Positions 13,423 to 27,207 are shown, counted from the whole stretch's first letter. The stretch: 63,963 bases of DNA, filler included, from Sluysia triapertura (GCA_046118255.1; 5 parts of 5 records of this genome joined end to end with filler, not necessarily neighbours in it); one strand, 5' to 3'. The notes: generated by a model from the sequence alone, not told the origin. Translations and numbers: made by a program.

Positions 13423-13812
13423 ACCGCTTATATTTTGACACTTCGTTGTAATATTTTCCGAATAAAATTCATAACTCGTCCAATGAGTTAGTCGGATATA
13501 AAAAGTTATTTTCGAGTCACACAATGTACAATTAGTAGTTATTAAAAGTTTCTCGAATTTAGCTGACCCATTTCCCATGTATTGTGGTATTTTCAAAGAA
13601 CCACTATGGTTACCTTTGTATAATTGACAGAACTTGTACTTGTCAACATTGTAGTATACGGTACAGTAACTTTTAAAACAGTCAGATTCATAGTTAGACC
13701 ACACAATATAAAATTGAGTCCGCATATATTTAGTATGGTATTTCATTATTGTTATAGACACTGAAATAATCGATAATTTATTAAGCTCGGATAACTTTTT
13801 CAATGAATACAT
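13423..13812 (-). CDS. Cys-containing FN3-like exon or ORF
   Basis: KYMRTQFYIVWS...YCTVYYN...FEKLLITTNCTLC parallels QYRTSLLILWF...LENVVITTTLKAC of 11620-11917. GT donor near 13424. Confidence 0.35.
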
Positions 13813-15499
13813 TTGAATTGTTAAAAATTATCGATTTGTTGTATTAATTAATTAAAAATACGCTAATTTTTTAAATTATTTAAATACATTCATTTTAAAT
13901 AAAATAACTAAATGATTAATTTGATCCATTGGTAGTTATAAAATCGCCATATTCCAATTCATCAATCCTTTATGGTGCACTAATTTAAAAGAGTGTCAAT
14001 AAACAGCGGACCACAAAGAGTTAAGAGATTTAATTGTATTTTAACCATTGTCTAATTTCAAAACTTTATCTTCAGTTTCAACATTTATCGATTAAATAAA
14101 ATGAAAATATTTGGAATCTTGACGATGTAATTATCAGTATTATAAACAGAGATGCGATAACAACTGACACATCGAATATATAGAACCAAATTATTGATTT
14201 ATAAATAATTGAAAATGTTGTTGAAATAAGACTAAATTTTAATTTAAATTTGCATAAAATTGAGCTAATCATTACTATATATTCATTTCCAGCTTTCGCA
14301 TTTCTCATTTCATAGCATTAAAAGAAAAATGGCAATAAATAAAGTTTTTAAGAAATTAACAGAATAAATTAATTTAAATATTGTGCTGCTATACTTAAGT
14401 TATTTTACTGAAAAGGTACAAAATTTAATGTATTATAAAACTACTAAATTTAAAAACTAATATTGTAAATAATATCAGCAATCATCATAGATAATTTGTA
14501 TTGATTATAACATTAGAGTGGGCAACCGTTTAGGATTTCTTAATGACGCTAGACGAAGTTTGCAAGTGATCATTCTGAGGAATAATACTATTAAAGCTAT
14601 AAGGTTCTACTGTGCTGAGTTTCTATTTAATTATAAAGACTGGGATGGATCTTTAGAACAATGTTACACTTAAATTCTCTTCTGTGAACTCTTAGTACAA
14701 AATTTTTTTATTCAATTTAGACTATTCCCAGTTTAAAATAATTGATTTATAGAGAACTTTACAGCTGCTCCAGACAACTCATAAACACGTGCTACCAGTC
14801 TTTAGTCAAAAATTATTACAAGAAACTCAAAAGGAAATGTATTAATTTCAGTAGAAATGTTCGTAGAATCTTTATTATACTGACTCCACTGGCACAACAA
14901 ATATATAAAAATATGCACTTTAGATAATAAGTTGGTCTTAACATTTGAATTTAAATTTGAAATATTTTATTCGTAGAGTTAAACTGCTGCATACTTTATC
15001 AAATATTTAAAATATATTTTAGGTCTTGTATTAGACAATAGAAAAAACTCGAATTTTTGTTACCCACAATAGTATAATAATATAATTTATGACGATATGA
15101 ATCTGTCAAATTAAGCGATAAATATTTATGGATTCGTTTAAAACTGATGCTGTCCGAATTTTTGCGAATTTTGCGAATTTACGAATTTTTTATCGACATA
15201 TTTTACGTAGTATATAGAACCTTATTTCTCGCAATAAATATCTAATTACTCGCGATTTCGGACCGTTTATATAATATTTTCAATTTTTTAATATTGCATT
15301 ATGTTATTATTCAATTTCATATGCACATTACGTACTAAAATTAATCTCTGTTTATGCAAAAATGAACGTTACGTCTTTATTACATTAAAATTATTATTAT
15401 TAATATAAATTTATTGCTAATTACTATTATTATTATTATTATCATCATCATTCAAATAATTATCGTTATTATTACTATTATTATCATTATCAGAAAAAC

Positions 15500-15770
15500 C
15501 TGAACCCTATAACGTGTCCAAGTCTCGTTCGTCGAAAACTTTCTTTGTTTCAACATGTAAAATTATTGGAGGGTGTGGGAGTTGTTGCAGCATTCATCCT
15601 ATAGTCCAAACGTAGCTCCATCTGGTCACGGTCTTATTCGATCATTGCAACACTTTATGAAAAGTCGCCAATTTAAGTCATTTGACGAAGTTGAATAATG
15701 ATGTCAAGAATTCCTTAAATTCAAAGTCGAAAAGTCATACCTGGACCAAATTTGTTGGCAGGACACAGAA
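15500..15770 (+). mobile_element. Mariner transposase remnant
   Basis: WELLQHSSYSPNVAPSGHGLIRSLQHFMKSRQFKSFDEVE corresponds to WEVLPHPPYSPDLAPSDYHLFRSLQ. Confidence 0.8.
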
Positions 15771-16399
15771 CATCATCGTCTTTATTTTGTTTTTCATACA
15801 AATCATTATTTTAACAAAGTGCACGAATTTTGATGACAATTTTCGTAGGTCAGTCGATTTGGTACACGTCTCATTCGGTAAAACAGAAACTGTTCCACAA
15901 TTTGTGTAGGAAACACGATTCAATATAAAATGTACTTCATATTTATACCCCAATTCTGTGTGGTTAGTTAAATAACTTATGCGCATACAAATAGGTGCAA
16001 AGACATTATTTCGTCATTTTTACAACACGTTAGCAAATATTAATTAAAATTTAATTGATGGAAGTCGAAATACAGTGATACCTCTACTAACGAAAGGCTC
16101 CACAAACGAAATTTTCAGGTTACGAAAGGTGGAAACTTCAAAACATTAGTACAATATTATCAATTGCAGCATCAAGTCGTGGTTGGGATAAACAAAATGT
16201 TGAAAAATGTATAAAAATGTATGGGTTCAGCATTATCTAGTTTATCTAATGTAAATTGCAGCGTGAATTCAGAATGATATATTGGAGGATCAAAATAGAA
16301 GACAAAGTCTATGGAAATACGTTTCGATTCAAAAGACCCAGGAGTAGAAAAGTTAGAAGAAAAAGACGAATTGTTGAGAAATCATTTGGTATATTCGCT

Positions 16400-16730
16400 C
16401 AAATGAAACGAGGCTTGCCACACAAATTTAAAACAGGAGAACCAAATGAATTATGGCAAGTTGGTTTAATGGAAATTATTGCATGTTGAAAAATTAATAA
16501 TGGCTTTTAATAATAATATATTTTAAATTGTGTGGATGTGTTTTCCAGATTTGCAAGAGCAATACAGAGTGATAAACAATACAGAAATTATTAAAAGTAG
16601 ATAGACTAACCTACACCTTTTCAAACTGATGTAGGCAAAGACCTTGACAATAAAGATGATTAAAAGTGCTTGAATTAATCATTATTCAGTGTTTAGTCGG
16701 TGCAAGGCAAAATTAGTTGAACTATAAGAG
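16400..16730 (+). mobile_element. Degenerate Polinton/Maverick (adintovirus)-type retroviral-like integrase
   Basis: NELWQVGLMEI...NNGF...LNCVDVFSRFA...PTPFQTDVGKDLDNK...HYSVFSRCKAKLVE. This follows the Polinton rve pattern LWQADL.DM..N.GYKYIL..IDVFSK.A...LQTD.G.EF.N...HYS..S..KA..VE. Confidence 0.7.
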
Positions 16731-16747
16731 ACAGAATAAAAAATATT

Positions 16748-17600
16748 TTTGAATAATTTCGTATGTATTACTGAATAGTTTTTTATATAATATTGAATAA
16801 TATTATTAAATGTATATATTACTGGATAATTTTGTTTATATTATTGAATAAGTTTGTATATATTACTGAATAATTTCGTATGTATTATTGAATAATTTTT
16901 ATATATTATTGAATAATTTCGTATATATATTATTAAATAATGTATATATTTTTGAAGAATTATATATATCATTGAATAATTTTGCATATATTATTGAATA
17001 ATTTCATATATATTACTGAATAATTTCGTATATATTATTGAATAATTGTATATATTATTGAATAATATATTACTGAATAGTTGTATGTATTATTGAATAA
17101 TTTATATATTATTGAATAATTTCGTATATATTATTAAATAATGTATATATTTTTGAATAATTTTATATATATTCTTGAATAATTCTGTATATATTACTGA
17201 ATAATTTTGTATACATTACTGAATAATTTTGTATACATTACTGAATAATTTTGTATACATTACTGAATAATTCTGTATATATTACTGAATAATTTTGTAT
17301 ACATTACTGAATAATTTTGTATATATTATTGAATAATTCTGTATATATTACTGAATAATTTCGTATATATTATTGAATAATTGTATATATTATTGAATAA
17401 TATATTACTGAATAGTTGNNNNNNNNNNNNNNNNNNNNNNNNNNNNNNNNNNNNNNNNNNNNNNNNNNNNNNNNNNNNNNNNNNNNNNNNNNNNNNNNNN
17501 NNNNNNNNNNNNNNNNNNTATACATTACTGAATAATTTTGTATATATTATTGAATAATTCTGTATATATTACTGAATAATTTCGTATATATTATTAAATA
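16748..17600. repeat. About 21-23 bp AT-rich minisatellite
   Basis: Tandem variants of TATATTACTGAATAATTTTGTA, spanning a gap. Confidence 0.95.
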
Positions 17601-17625
17601 ACCCTTCAACATAAATCAAATCCAA

Positions 17626-18320
17626 CTAACCCTTCGCATTGTTGCAGTAACAGTGTTTTACCTGATTATGAAACATGACGTTGCGATTGTAGATACTGAT
17701 ATTAAAAGTAAAATTGAAATGGCACGATTCGATACGCCAAATATTGAGTTTGCTATTGGCTGACGACGCCTCAAGTTCTTTCTTGGTCTCGAAGATACCG
17801 TTTCTGAGTACATAAATTATGAAAATACAATCAGTGTTGACGCAGAATAAGTAACTGTTTGCCCATATTAATGAATAAATTATAGCATTTCCTTCACTCT
17901 GTGACACTACTTCCAGAACTGGTACTGCAATTATAAAATCGAGAATTAATGAATGAAAATATTCATAGAAATTAGATTTAATTTCGGAGTAACACAGCTT
18001 TTGATAATGAGTTAATTGGAACGATTTTTGAGCAGGTTTAGAAGTTTACTGATTAATGTGTTGATCCATGGCATCGTCAACTTGATGGTTGAATGTCTCT
18101 TTTTATTAATTAGTCCACATTTTAATATAAACTTTTTGAAATTGCGAATAACAGTTGCAGCACAAGAAGTATTCTTCCAAGTTAGTTCATTCATTTGCAT
18201 TTTCTCTAAATTTCCACTGCGTTGTGAACATGAAATGACAGATCCTTCCCTTATTTATATAAGATTAAAATTGTGGCGCCCAGGTATGTATGCAACACAT
18301 TCTAAAGGTAATGGGAGTTG
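17626..18320 (-). pseudogene. Unidentified coding-like segments, weakly FN3-like
   Basis: VPVLEVVSQSEGNAIIYSLIWANS...IFIIYV...FTFNISIYN. Stops are present. Confidence 0.25.
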
Positions 18321-19091
18321 AAATAAATTTCTACATTAAATTAGTAATCTATAAGCCATCTTTATGATATCGTAAAATATAAAAGATTTATATTCAAAAT
18401 AAATATCCATATTATTAATTCTATTCAGTACCACTCAAATTATAATCTTAAAATAATATTCAATTTCAAATCTCAATTCATTATTGGTTATAAACAAAAT
18501 AGTTGAACTACTGAGATTATTGGCCAGAACTCAAACAATTCATTTTAATTCGTGTCAGCACTATGATAATAAATATAAGATTAACTTCAATGATAATTTA
18601 TGATTATTGTTATCTCGTAGCTTTGGAAATGTTTTCTAAATATCTAAAATTCTTCTACGATTCATATTTCTTTTCCGGTGCGTGGCCTCTTCCCTATTAA
18701 AAATCCATTGTTCACAGAAATTTAAAAAGTAGTCAAATTTATGAATTTTATTTATATGTTTACTGCTTCCACACAACTGACCAATAGAAAAATTGATACA
18801 ATAATACTATATAGAAATAATGTGGAACCAAATAAATAAATAAATAATGAGAATCATTTAAAAGAAAATTGTGGAATGACAACAACTACATTAGTGTGTT
18901 GTCTTTTTGTGCAAATATTTTGAATATTCTTTGCTGATTATTTTTCTTTGATCGTTAAAGAGTATTTGATAAATATAACATTTTATAAATTGGAAGCAGT
19001 CGGAGAAACAGTTAAGGTTCAAATAATCGACTATCGCGTCTCAAATAAAGAATGAAAAATCCTATAGAGTGTCTACTTTACGTCATGGGTC

Positions 19092-19829
19092 CAGTGGTGA
19101 ATTATGAAATTTTTAACAACGGGCTCGCTCTTTTGTCTCTAGAGTCATCGTATGAACTAGCACTCTAGCAATGTGTCACTGCGACTGACAAAAAAATAAT
19201 GTTAATTAAATGGTTTACTTATACAAAAAACAACAATATTATATTAATAAGGAATAGAACAAACAATAGAGTGGAATAACATAACGAAAAAATATGCCAT
19301 TTGTTAAAAAATAACTAAAAGTACTACTACAAGAAATTATTTACAACTTATACCATACAACTTATACTACAACTTGTGCCATACTGTATTTCCTTCCTGC
19401 TTCACGTCTTGTGATCTCTTAGATTTATCCAGAGTCGAGAGATGATTTTTCAAAAAAGATTTAACGTACGAATTAGGGTTAAATTCTTCCACAGATTTCC
19501 CATTTAAACAGATCGTCATAAAATGCAAAACGATATTATTCATCGAACTAAAAGCTCGTTCAGCTTCAACGCTGCTAACAGTGTTTATTTCCATGACGTT
19601 GGATTGGAATTTTCAAGTCAGTGTGCGTTTTCTATGAAATCTCTAAAGTCATTTATTTTAATTTCATTTTTCAAAATAAAATTCAAAGTTCTTATTCTCT
19701 TTTCTCATTCTTCCATATTGCACCTTTCAGGATAGCACACATTAAATATGTTTTTCAAGAACAATGGGCTCGCAAATCATAGAATAATTTAAGAAAGGGC
19801 TCGCGCGAGCCTCCTGTAGCTCACCAATG
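19092..19829 (-). mobile_element. Internally deleted hAT element
   Basis: SSVEAERAFSSMN...FMTICLNG matches the hAT dimerisation domain. Imperfect TIRs CAGTGGTGA/TCACCAATG. Confidence 0.75.
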
Positions 19830-20802
19830 GTAGTATGACGATATTTTTAAAAAATAACCATAAATTATACAGAATTTTTAAAATACTTATTAAATATTTC
19901 TAACATTTCGACAGATTTGAAACATACATCGTTAATAATTCACAAAATGTACAAAAAATGTAACAATAAAAGACTTAGTGAATTTATTTCTAAAAACACT
20001 TTAAATAGGAATGTATCATAATAAAAGATTTGATCATATTAAAATATTATATTATTTAAAACGGATACTTTTTAACTATATTACATAAACAACATAGATA
20101 AAGCATAAAATAATGTTCAAATGTTTGTTTATTATTGCTTATTGATCTAATTTTTAACATTTTCTTACCATTTTAAATGTATTTCATTAATATTACAGAT
20201 ACAAATGCAAAGAAGTGGCCCTTCTCACGAATTTTGGACATTTGACCAAAAACTTTATAATCGTTTTTTATATTGTATTGATTAAATTGATTGAACTTCA
20301 TAGATTTGGTGTTTTTTCTATTCCGAAGTGAAAAAGTTCTGAAAATATTCGTATTTTGTTCATATTTGAATATTACGTTGATATTTCTGACGTTAATAAG
20401 ATACGTTCTTATTAAATATAAATTATTAAGCAATATAAACTTTTGTTTCCAAAAGAAACTGAACCAAATGCGTTAATACGTTATAGAACAACTTTAGTCA
20501 ATTATAAAGACATCAATGTCAAATAAATCGTTCAGTACAGAAATGAAAAAGTCTCAAATAAAAATGATATTGTAAAAAAAACATAGAAATTTGAAAATAA
20601 ACTAAAATTTATTTTGACTGTGTTCCAATAATTTACATTTAATAATTAAATCACACATACCAAATTTTGAACATTTGAAAAAATATAATTTAATATAAAT
20701 GTCTAAAGGTACAGTTTTTACTTTGTTATCTTGACACCGCTTTCTCTAGAAAAACAAATCTCGATAAAATATTGTTTAATAAATTCATTATTTACTTAAA
20801 AA

Positions 20803-21088
20803 TTATTTTTCATTATTTTCTATTAATTTCTTTTCGTCTAATACTTCATACGTAAAATCTTCATTCTTTAAGTTATTTGTAACACATCTGTAAATATTTA
20901 AATTAATTATATAATTTATAATGAAAAAAATATCACTTTGAATATAATTTCAATTTATCTGTGCATGGATCATTTGTATCTCCAGCTAAAAATCTGGGAA
21001 AAAATTCTTGAAAGCATTTATCATAAGATTCTTTCAATGTTTGACACTCCGGATAAATACTGAATATTAATTTTTTGTCATTATCCAT
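20803..21088 (-). CDS. TRIAP1: TRIAP1/Mdm35 twin-CX9C mitochondrial protein; exons 21088-20937 and 20887-20803, 49-bp GT-AG intron
   Basis: MDNDKKLIFSIYPECQTLKESYDKCFQEFFPRFLAGDTNDPCTDKLKLYSK|CVTNNLKNEDF...* contains two CX9C motifs and the YD.CF..F..FL.GD..DPC signature. It is absent from the ORF track because it is spliced. Confidence 0.9.
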
Positions 21089-23451
21089 TAAATCAAATTA
21101 AATCAAAAATTAAAATATTATAATACATAAATGAAATCAATCAAAAAATAATAAATATATAAAAAATATATAAGAACGTTTTGTTTAATATGTGTTGCTC
21201 AATTTTAATACCTGATGGTTAAATAAATGTAATTAAAACGGATAAAAGGATATTGAAAAATTAAAACTTTGAATTTAAATTATTTAAACAAACATGTACT
21301 TAAGTAAATGTAAAAGTTGTTTAAATAAATGTAGAAAATAAATTATAACAATTTATTTTCTGTAAATTCTTGGATGTTTTAAATTTATTACGTGTACAGT
21401 GTAATAATGAAATAAATTTTTAGATTTTTGATACATTTAAAGTACGTTTTCTTAAAATTATATTTTGAATTGGTAAATAAAAAAAGTTTGTTGAAAATGA
21501 TTTTGAAGAGTAATTACTTTTCAATTTCTTATTTTGGCAAGCATTGAAAAAGTTTTTGTTAAATCTGGCAAAACCAGCTAAATTTTGATGATGACATAGA
21601 CAATGGCATAATTATGTAAATAATTTTTAATATCAAACTACATTATTTGAGTTTCAAAGTAAATTAATTCTTTTCGTTATTATTTATTGAAGTTAAAATA
21701 AATCATAATTTAAACTATAGTAAATAATAGATTGTAGGTAACATAATTTAGATTAATCACCTAACAAATTCATTTTGATTTCTAAATTTATTTTATCACT
21801 TAAACGCTTAAGATTAATTTTTGCTAAGATTAATAATTAAAAATTATAATATTAATAGTGTAAATTTAATAAAATATAACAAGTACAAATTTCAAAAGTA
21901 CAAGAAAACCAACAAAAAAGTGAAAATTTTGAGGTCATTCGTGCTTCCATTCGTAATGTTACGTATTCCGTCTTGTGAACAATTATAAATTTAGATGGGT
22001 CCGATTTGTAACGTGCAGTAGACGTAGCTACAGATTTGACTGAAAAGAAAAGTACTCTTAACGATATGGCGGTCTTTCCTTAAGTTAATACACCTTACGT
22101 TTATCAATAAACAGCGTGAAAGCTCTTATCAAAAATATATTCGTAATTTTAATTTTAACTGAAAACTCTTTTCAAATATAATATTTGTAATTTTAATTTT
22201 AGCGACAAAAAACCAAAAATCGGATTAACTAAATTTGTTGAATACAAAAGTTTTATAAAATGTTTAACAAATAACACGATTAAGATATTAATAATAATAT
22301 AGTACTTACTTTTAAAGAATGAACTTCTTTATTTTTATAATAATTTTAAAGGTAAGTTAATCCAGGTGTAATACGTGGATTGAAAAATTAGTAGTATTTT
22401 GACGCTACTTATCGAAGCGATTAACCTTAACAAATATTATCTTACTTTATCTTTACAATAAAAATCGGACTTTTGTTACGATTTCTCGAACAATACCAGT
22501 TGTCGAACAATCAATTTATAAATCGAATTTCCTTCAATTTCACGAATAAAACCAAATGATTTAGTACAACCAAAAGTCAGATATCTAAAATTTCAAATTA
22601 CTCCAGTGTATAACTGTTGGGATTGCCCGATTGTGGATTGAGAGACGAGTAAAAGACATATAGAATTACAAATGAAGGAAAAATTGATGAGAAGTAGCAG
22701 ATGAAGTGTTGTAAACACTGTTGAAATAAGAATCATGAAAGAGAAAACATTTTTAATATTTTTAACAGTTAAAGAATATCTTGGGATTCCAAAGACCTAT
22801 ATAAGGGTTTGAGACCTTATGGAAGCTTGAGATGGACTTGNNNNNNNNNNNNNNNNNNNNNNNNNNNNNNNNNNNNNNNNNNNNTTAATTAATTAANNNN
22901 NNNNNNNNNNNNNNNNNNNNNNNNNNNNNNNNNNNNNNNNTATTGTCATGACAATGCTCTACAACCTTTTCCGAGACTATCTATGGTAGCATCGAAAGGT
23001 TTACTAACAAACAAAGGTTGATGAGTTATCTGATCTTCTTCTATCAAAAATAATGAATAGAGATCTGCTTTGAAGAATTTTGAAAACAAGTGTTGTTATA
23101 TGCAAATCATCATATGAATCTTTTATTAAATCTTGCACAAATTCGCTCACATCTAAATTATTTCTACAGACACTTCTATATCTTTTAGTATATCTTGTTG
23201 ACGATGATGGATTATTAAATTTAGGATTATGTGGCAAGAAAAATGTAACGAAACCACGATTAGCCAAAATAATAGGTTTAAAACATAACATAGCGAATTC
23301 GTGAATACTTATTTTTCGAGCTGGTGTATTTGATCTAAATACAGATGGTGGTCTTTAGTCGTAAAAACGCTAATATTTGAACTTCTACTCTGCTTAAGTT
23401 GTATATCTAATGTAAACTTTATATTTTATAACTTATATATGTGCGTCGAGT

Positions 23452-23470
23452 ATCCTTACTCTGGGCACCA
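23452..23470 (-). promoter_or_regulatory. Primer-binding site of an LTR element (tRNA-Met elongator-like)
   Basis: Reverse strand reads ...TCCAACA-c-TGGTGCCCAGAGTAAGGAT: an LTR end followed by a TGG-starting PBS resembling TGGTGCCCCGTGTGAGGAT. Confidence 0.55.
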
Positions 23471-24189
23471 GTGTTGGATTTATAAATAATTCAAATTTAA
23501 TAATTATTCTTTGTGAAACTTAACTTAATTCTGAATACTCTTGTATAAAAATTTAAATGTTTGATTTCGGTTTAAACTAATTATTATTTGTTATTAAATT
23601 TTGAATTTATACCAACTCTATTAAATCTCATTTTAAATTGATATAAAACATTATAGTCTTAATAATTATTTTAATTTTATTTTAAATAATTTAATTTAAA
23701 CTTGAAAAATAAATGAATGTTATAAAGTTTAAAAATTTGAAAGGATTTAAAAGATTTAAGGAGTGAATATCACGTTACATTAGGATTGAAATTATAATAG
23801 TATCTTAACAAATAAACACAAAAATAATCATTTGCTTAAGGTGTAAGGAGTAACAACAAACAAAGTATTGATTGATCGCCAGTGACGGTTTTCGTCATTG
23901 TTGTTCAAAATCTGTACTGAATAAATATTAGGATTTTAAGTTTTTATTTTTTATATAATTTTGTCTTTAAAATTAGTTGTGTAAATGTATTAGAATTATA
24001 TCATTAACATTAAACTATTATTATCTTATTTATTCTTTTTAATGTTTTTCAATCAATAATTTAGACAATGAGTTATGTACATTGCGTAATCTGTCAGAAG
24101 TCTTTTCACAAAACTATTTCCTACATACATAAAATACACTTATAATTATCTACTTTTAATTAGAACTTATAAATTGTCTGCTTTGTAGG

Positions 24190-26776
24190 TTTGGGGTTGA
24201 ATTACATTGTTTATTATAATCATTAGTGGCCTCAAGGTAATTTAGGGCTTTTTCGGTTTTTGAAATGGATTATGCTATACAATTTAATATAATTTAATAC
24301 TTCTGAAGAATAAAAATTACCATGATTAAAATTGCTTATATCTACGAAAAAGACTAAACTAACAAATGAAGATTTATTTTTACAAACACTGAAATCAAAA
24401 ATATTGAATTGAATTACTGCGTTCGGATACATTTGATCTTCTCAGGTTGTGTGATTTTTTAACACAAAATTGTCTATAAGATTATTGAATTTAGTATCTT
24501 GATTCGAAGTGTTGTAGTTTTCCTTGATTGCTAAATCGTGCACATACTTGATATTTTGGATGTCCGACATTAAGTCATTTAATTGCTCTGCATTACTGTA
24601 AAAAATATTAATTGAAGTTTCACTATAGCGTATTTGAGTAATGGTATGGAAATATCTGCATGATACTCCAAATTTGCTACATTGGCCAAGACTATTTGAT
24701 TCATATTGACACTGTCCTGTTTGGAATAATTCGTGTTTTTGTTGACTTGAAAAAACGCAGATCATAGACGAAGTTGAAAGAATTCGATCGTTTATAACAT
24801 TACTTGGTATCAAATAATCTATTGAAATTTCGCTAAGAGATCCTTTGAAGACAGATGAATCAGGATCTAATGGAATTGCAATAACGGTTTTGTATCTGTC
24901 ATCAGGAACATCATCATTGCATCCACCATCTTCATTGAGATAATTAGGAATATTTGTTGGAATGGGGATCAAACAACCTCTAACTACTAATTGAGAAATC
25001 CATTCTAATTTGTCAATTTCTTTAGTTATTAAATCTAATTCAACCGCATAAATACGATGTGTCCCAAGCATTTTAATGTCATTGTCACTTTTGTAAACTG
25101 ATTTAAGTATTGTGTACAATGAATAACACTTGAAGAAAAACATAGACTAGCGTTATTTAGGATTTTATTTAAGATCCAAAAAATGTACGATATCTGATTG
25201 ACCTAATAAATCTAAGGCGAACTTTCGGCATTAGTCTATCAATTTTCATAATATTAATTCTCTTCAATAACCTTAATGGTAAACGAAATTCTCCTGGCTC
25301 TGAACTCCTGATGATGAGTATCGATTGTTATGCCTATGCGACATTGAAGTTAACTCTAAAAAACTAAGTAGTGAATTCATTACATCCAGTTCAATTTGAA
25401 TTGAAGATTCACATACCTTAAGAATAGAATAAGGGTCATGTAGAGCATAAGACAAGATTGATAATCAAAGACAGGATAATTTGAAAATTTTATTTTGTTG
25501 TGATACGATAAATGATTGTAAGAAATACTTGATTCTATTTTATTTTTCAGCTGGTTATATGGTTCGATTGGTTGATGTCTCAACATCTCTTCTTGATTTG
25601 TAGTTCCAATTGCGTTTCTAATTTTTGTAATTTTTTATTGTAAAAATAATGATAAAATTTTTATTCTGTCACTTATGATTAAAATTGTCTAATCAGATTG
25701 TTAGTTACAAACATTTGATAATTTACTTTTTGTGTATGCATCTTTTTTTAGCTTGATTGGTTATTTGTAATTTGTATTTACAATGATTGGATGTATAATC
25801 AAAAATAAAACGTTGACATAACTACTCTGTGAATGTATGTAATAAAGTAATTGAACTGTACTGTCTGATTGGACGTTCAATTAGAATGATAAAAATAAAA
25901 CATTGAAACAAGTTTGATTGGGCGTCCAATCAAACCATAAAACTGGATATAACTAATGTGTGGTTTAGTTAATGCCTGTATGCAAAATGATTATGATCAA
26001 TACCTGTCACCATTAAGTTTGTACAATTGATTAAATGGTAATTAAAAAGATGGTGACAGGTGAATGTGTTTTGTTAATGAAAAATAATCACTATGTCGTG
26101 GTATAAAAATAATGATAGTGGAATTAATAATTAAAATAATTAACAAAATTCGTAATTATAATAAAATAGTTAATTATATACACTAATGATAATAATAATA
26201 CTGAATAAACTAAAATAATGATAATAATAATATTAAAATTAAATTTAAAACTAAAACGCATAAATTTCACATAACTTTCTGTTCTTTCTCTTCATTCTGA
26301 ACTTACTTAACAAATGAATTTAGAAAAGTGAAATTTATTAACTTAAAAATACTAAAAAACGATTAAGAGGTGTAAATACTTGAGTGTTAATGAATTAAGA
26401 ACTTGAAATATTTTGAGTTAATTTTTACTAGCATGAGCTGTAACTTGATATTCTAATGTTATGAAAGTGTCGAATAAAATATTCTTGATGAATCCTTAAT
26501 GTAATTTGCTGATTTTGAATATCATTGTGTTTTGTATGTTATGGGGTTGTACATTTGAAATGATTTGAAAAATGGAAGTTGATTTTGGTGGATCTAAGAA
26601 GAATAAGATATAAAAATGGTTGTGAATTTAGAAATGTGAGTTGTAGATCTTGGGGTAAATGTTATGTTGACGTAGGGTTGTGTAAAAAATGGTTTTAATG
26701 AATTTATGAAAATGTAAGTTATATATAAAATAAAATTTTTAATAAAATTTGTTAAGGTAATAGATTGGCCACCACA
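24190..26776 (-). mobile_element. Giant solo LTR, TGTGGTG family, copy 1 (2587 bp) with cargo ORF
   Basis: Starts TGTGGTGGCCAATC on the reverse strand, with GTAGG direct repeats at 24185-24189 and 26777-26781. The far end is degenerate (TTT instead of TGT on +). The first kb resembles the copies at 31360, 38421, 48371 and 56688. Confidence 0.8.
24232..25610 (-). pseudogene. Cargo reading frame in LTR copy 1: disrupted protein with a CCCH-like zinc finger; longest intact piece 24442-25143
   Basis: CQYESNSLGQCSKFGVSCRYFH = C-x9-C-x6-C-x3-H. Upstream pieces are joined by frameshifts and stops; no introns are apparent. Confidence 0.5.
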
Positions 26777-27207
26777 GTAGGATCCAATTAAGTGGAATTC
26801 AAGTATTTCGCAAAGGTATATTCCTACATATTTGAAAAATAACCTGAAACCGTACTTAATCAAAACATCGAAATACAGGAGGCGGAAATAACACCACCAG
26901 AATAACTTGTATAAAATAAAGAAACACGCAATAGATATACCGCCTACAAATTTCCCTCTTGGCCTGACGCGGTCTCTGAAACATAATCGCTGCCGAAGGC
27001 AGATAAGAAGTATTTATATGGAGGCAGGGCAATATAAATGGATGAAAGATTAAGGTTAAATCCCTTCCCAAAGAAGAAAAACAATTAATTTTACTTTTAT
27101 TTTCTTTTATTTCCTTAAAATACATAAGTCATTTGATTGAATGTATATAATAAAAAAGTAAATGTTAAAAAATAAAAATATAAACTAACGATTATTTTAC
27201 ATTTTTA

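Noticed and set aside
14516-14930. Possible integrase remnant (NNTIKAIRFYC...KDWDGSL)
   Set aside because: It is too short and degenerate to support a call.
16748-17600. Regularly repeated about 23-bp unit as a CRISPR-like array
   Set aside because: The units are contiguous with no unique spacers, the context is eukaryotic and there are no cas genes. It is a minisatellite.
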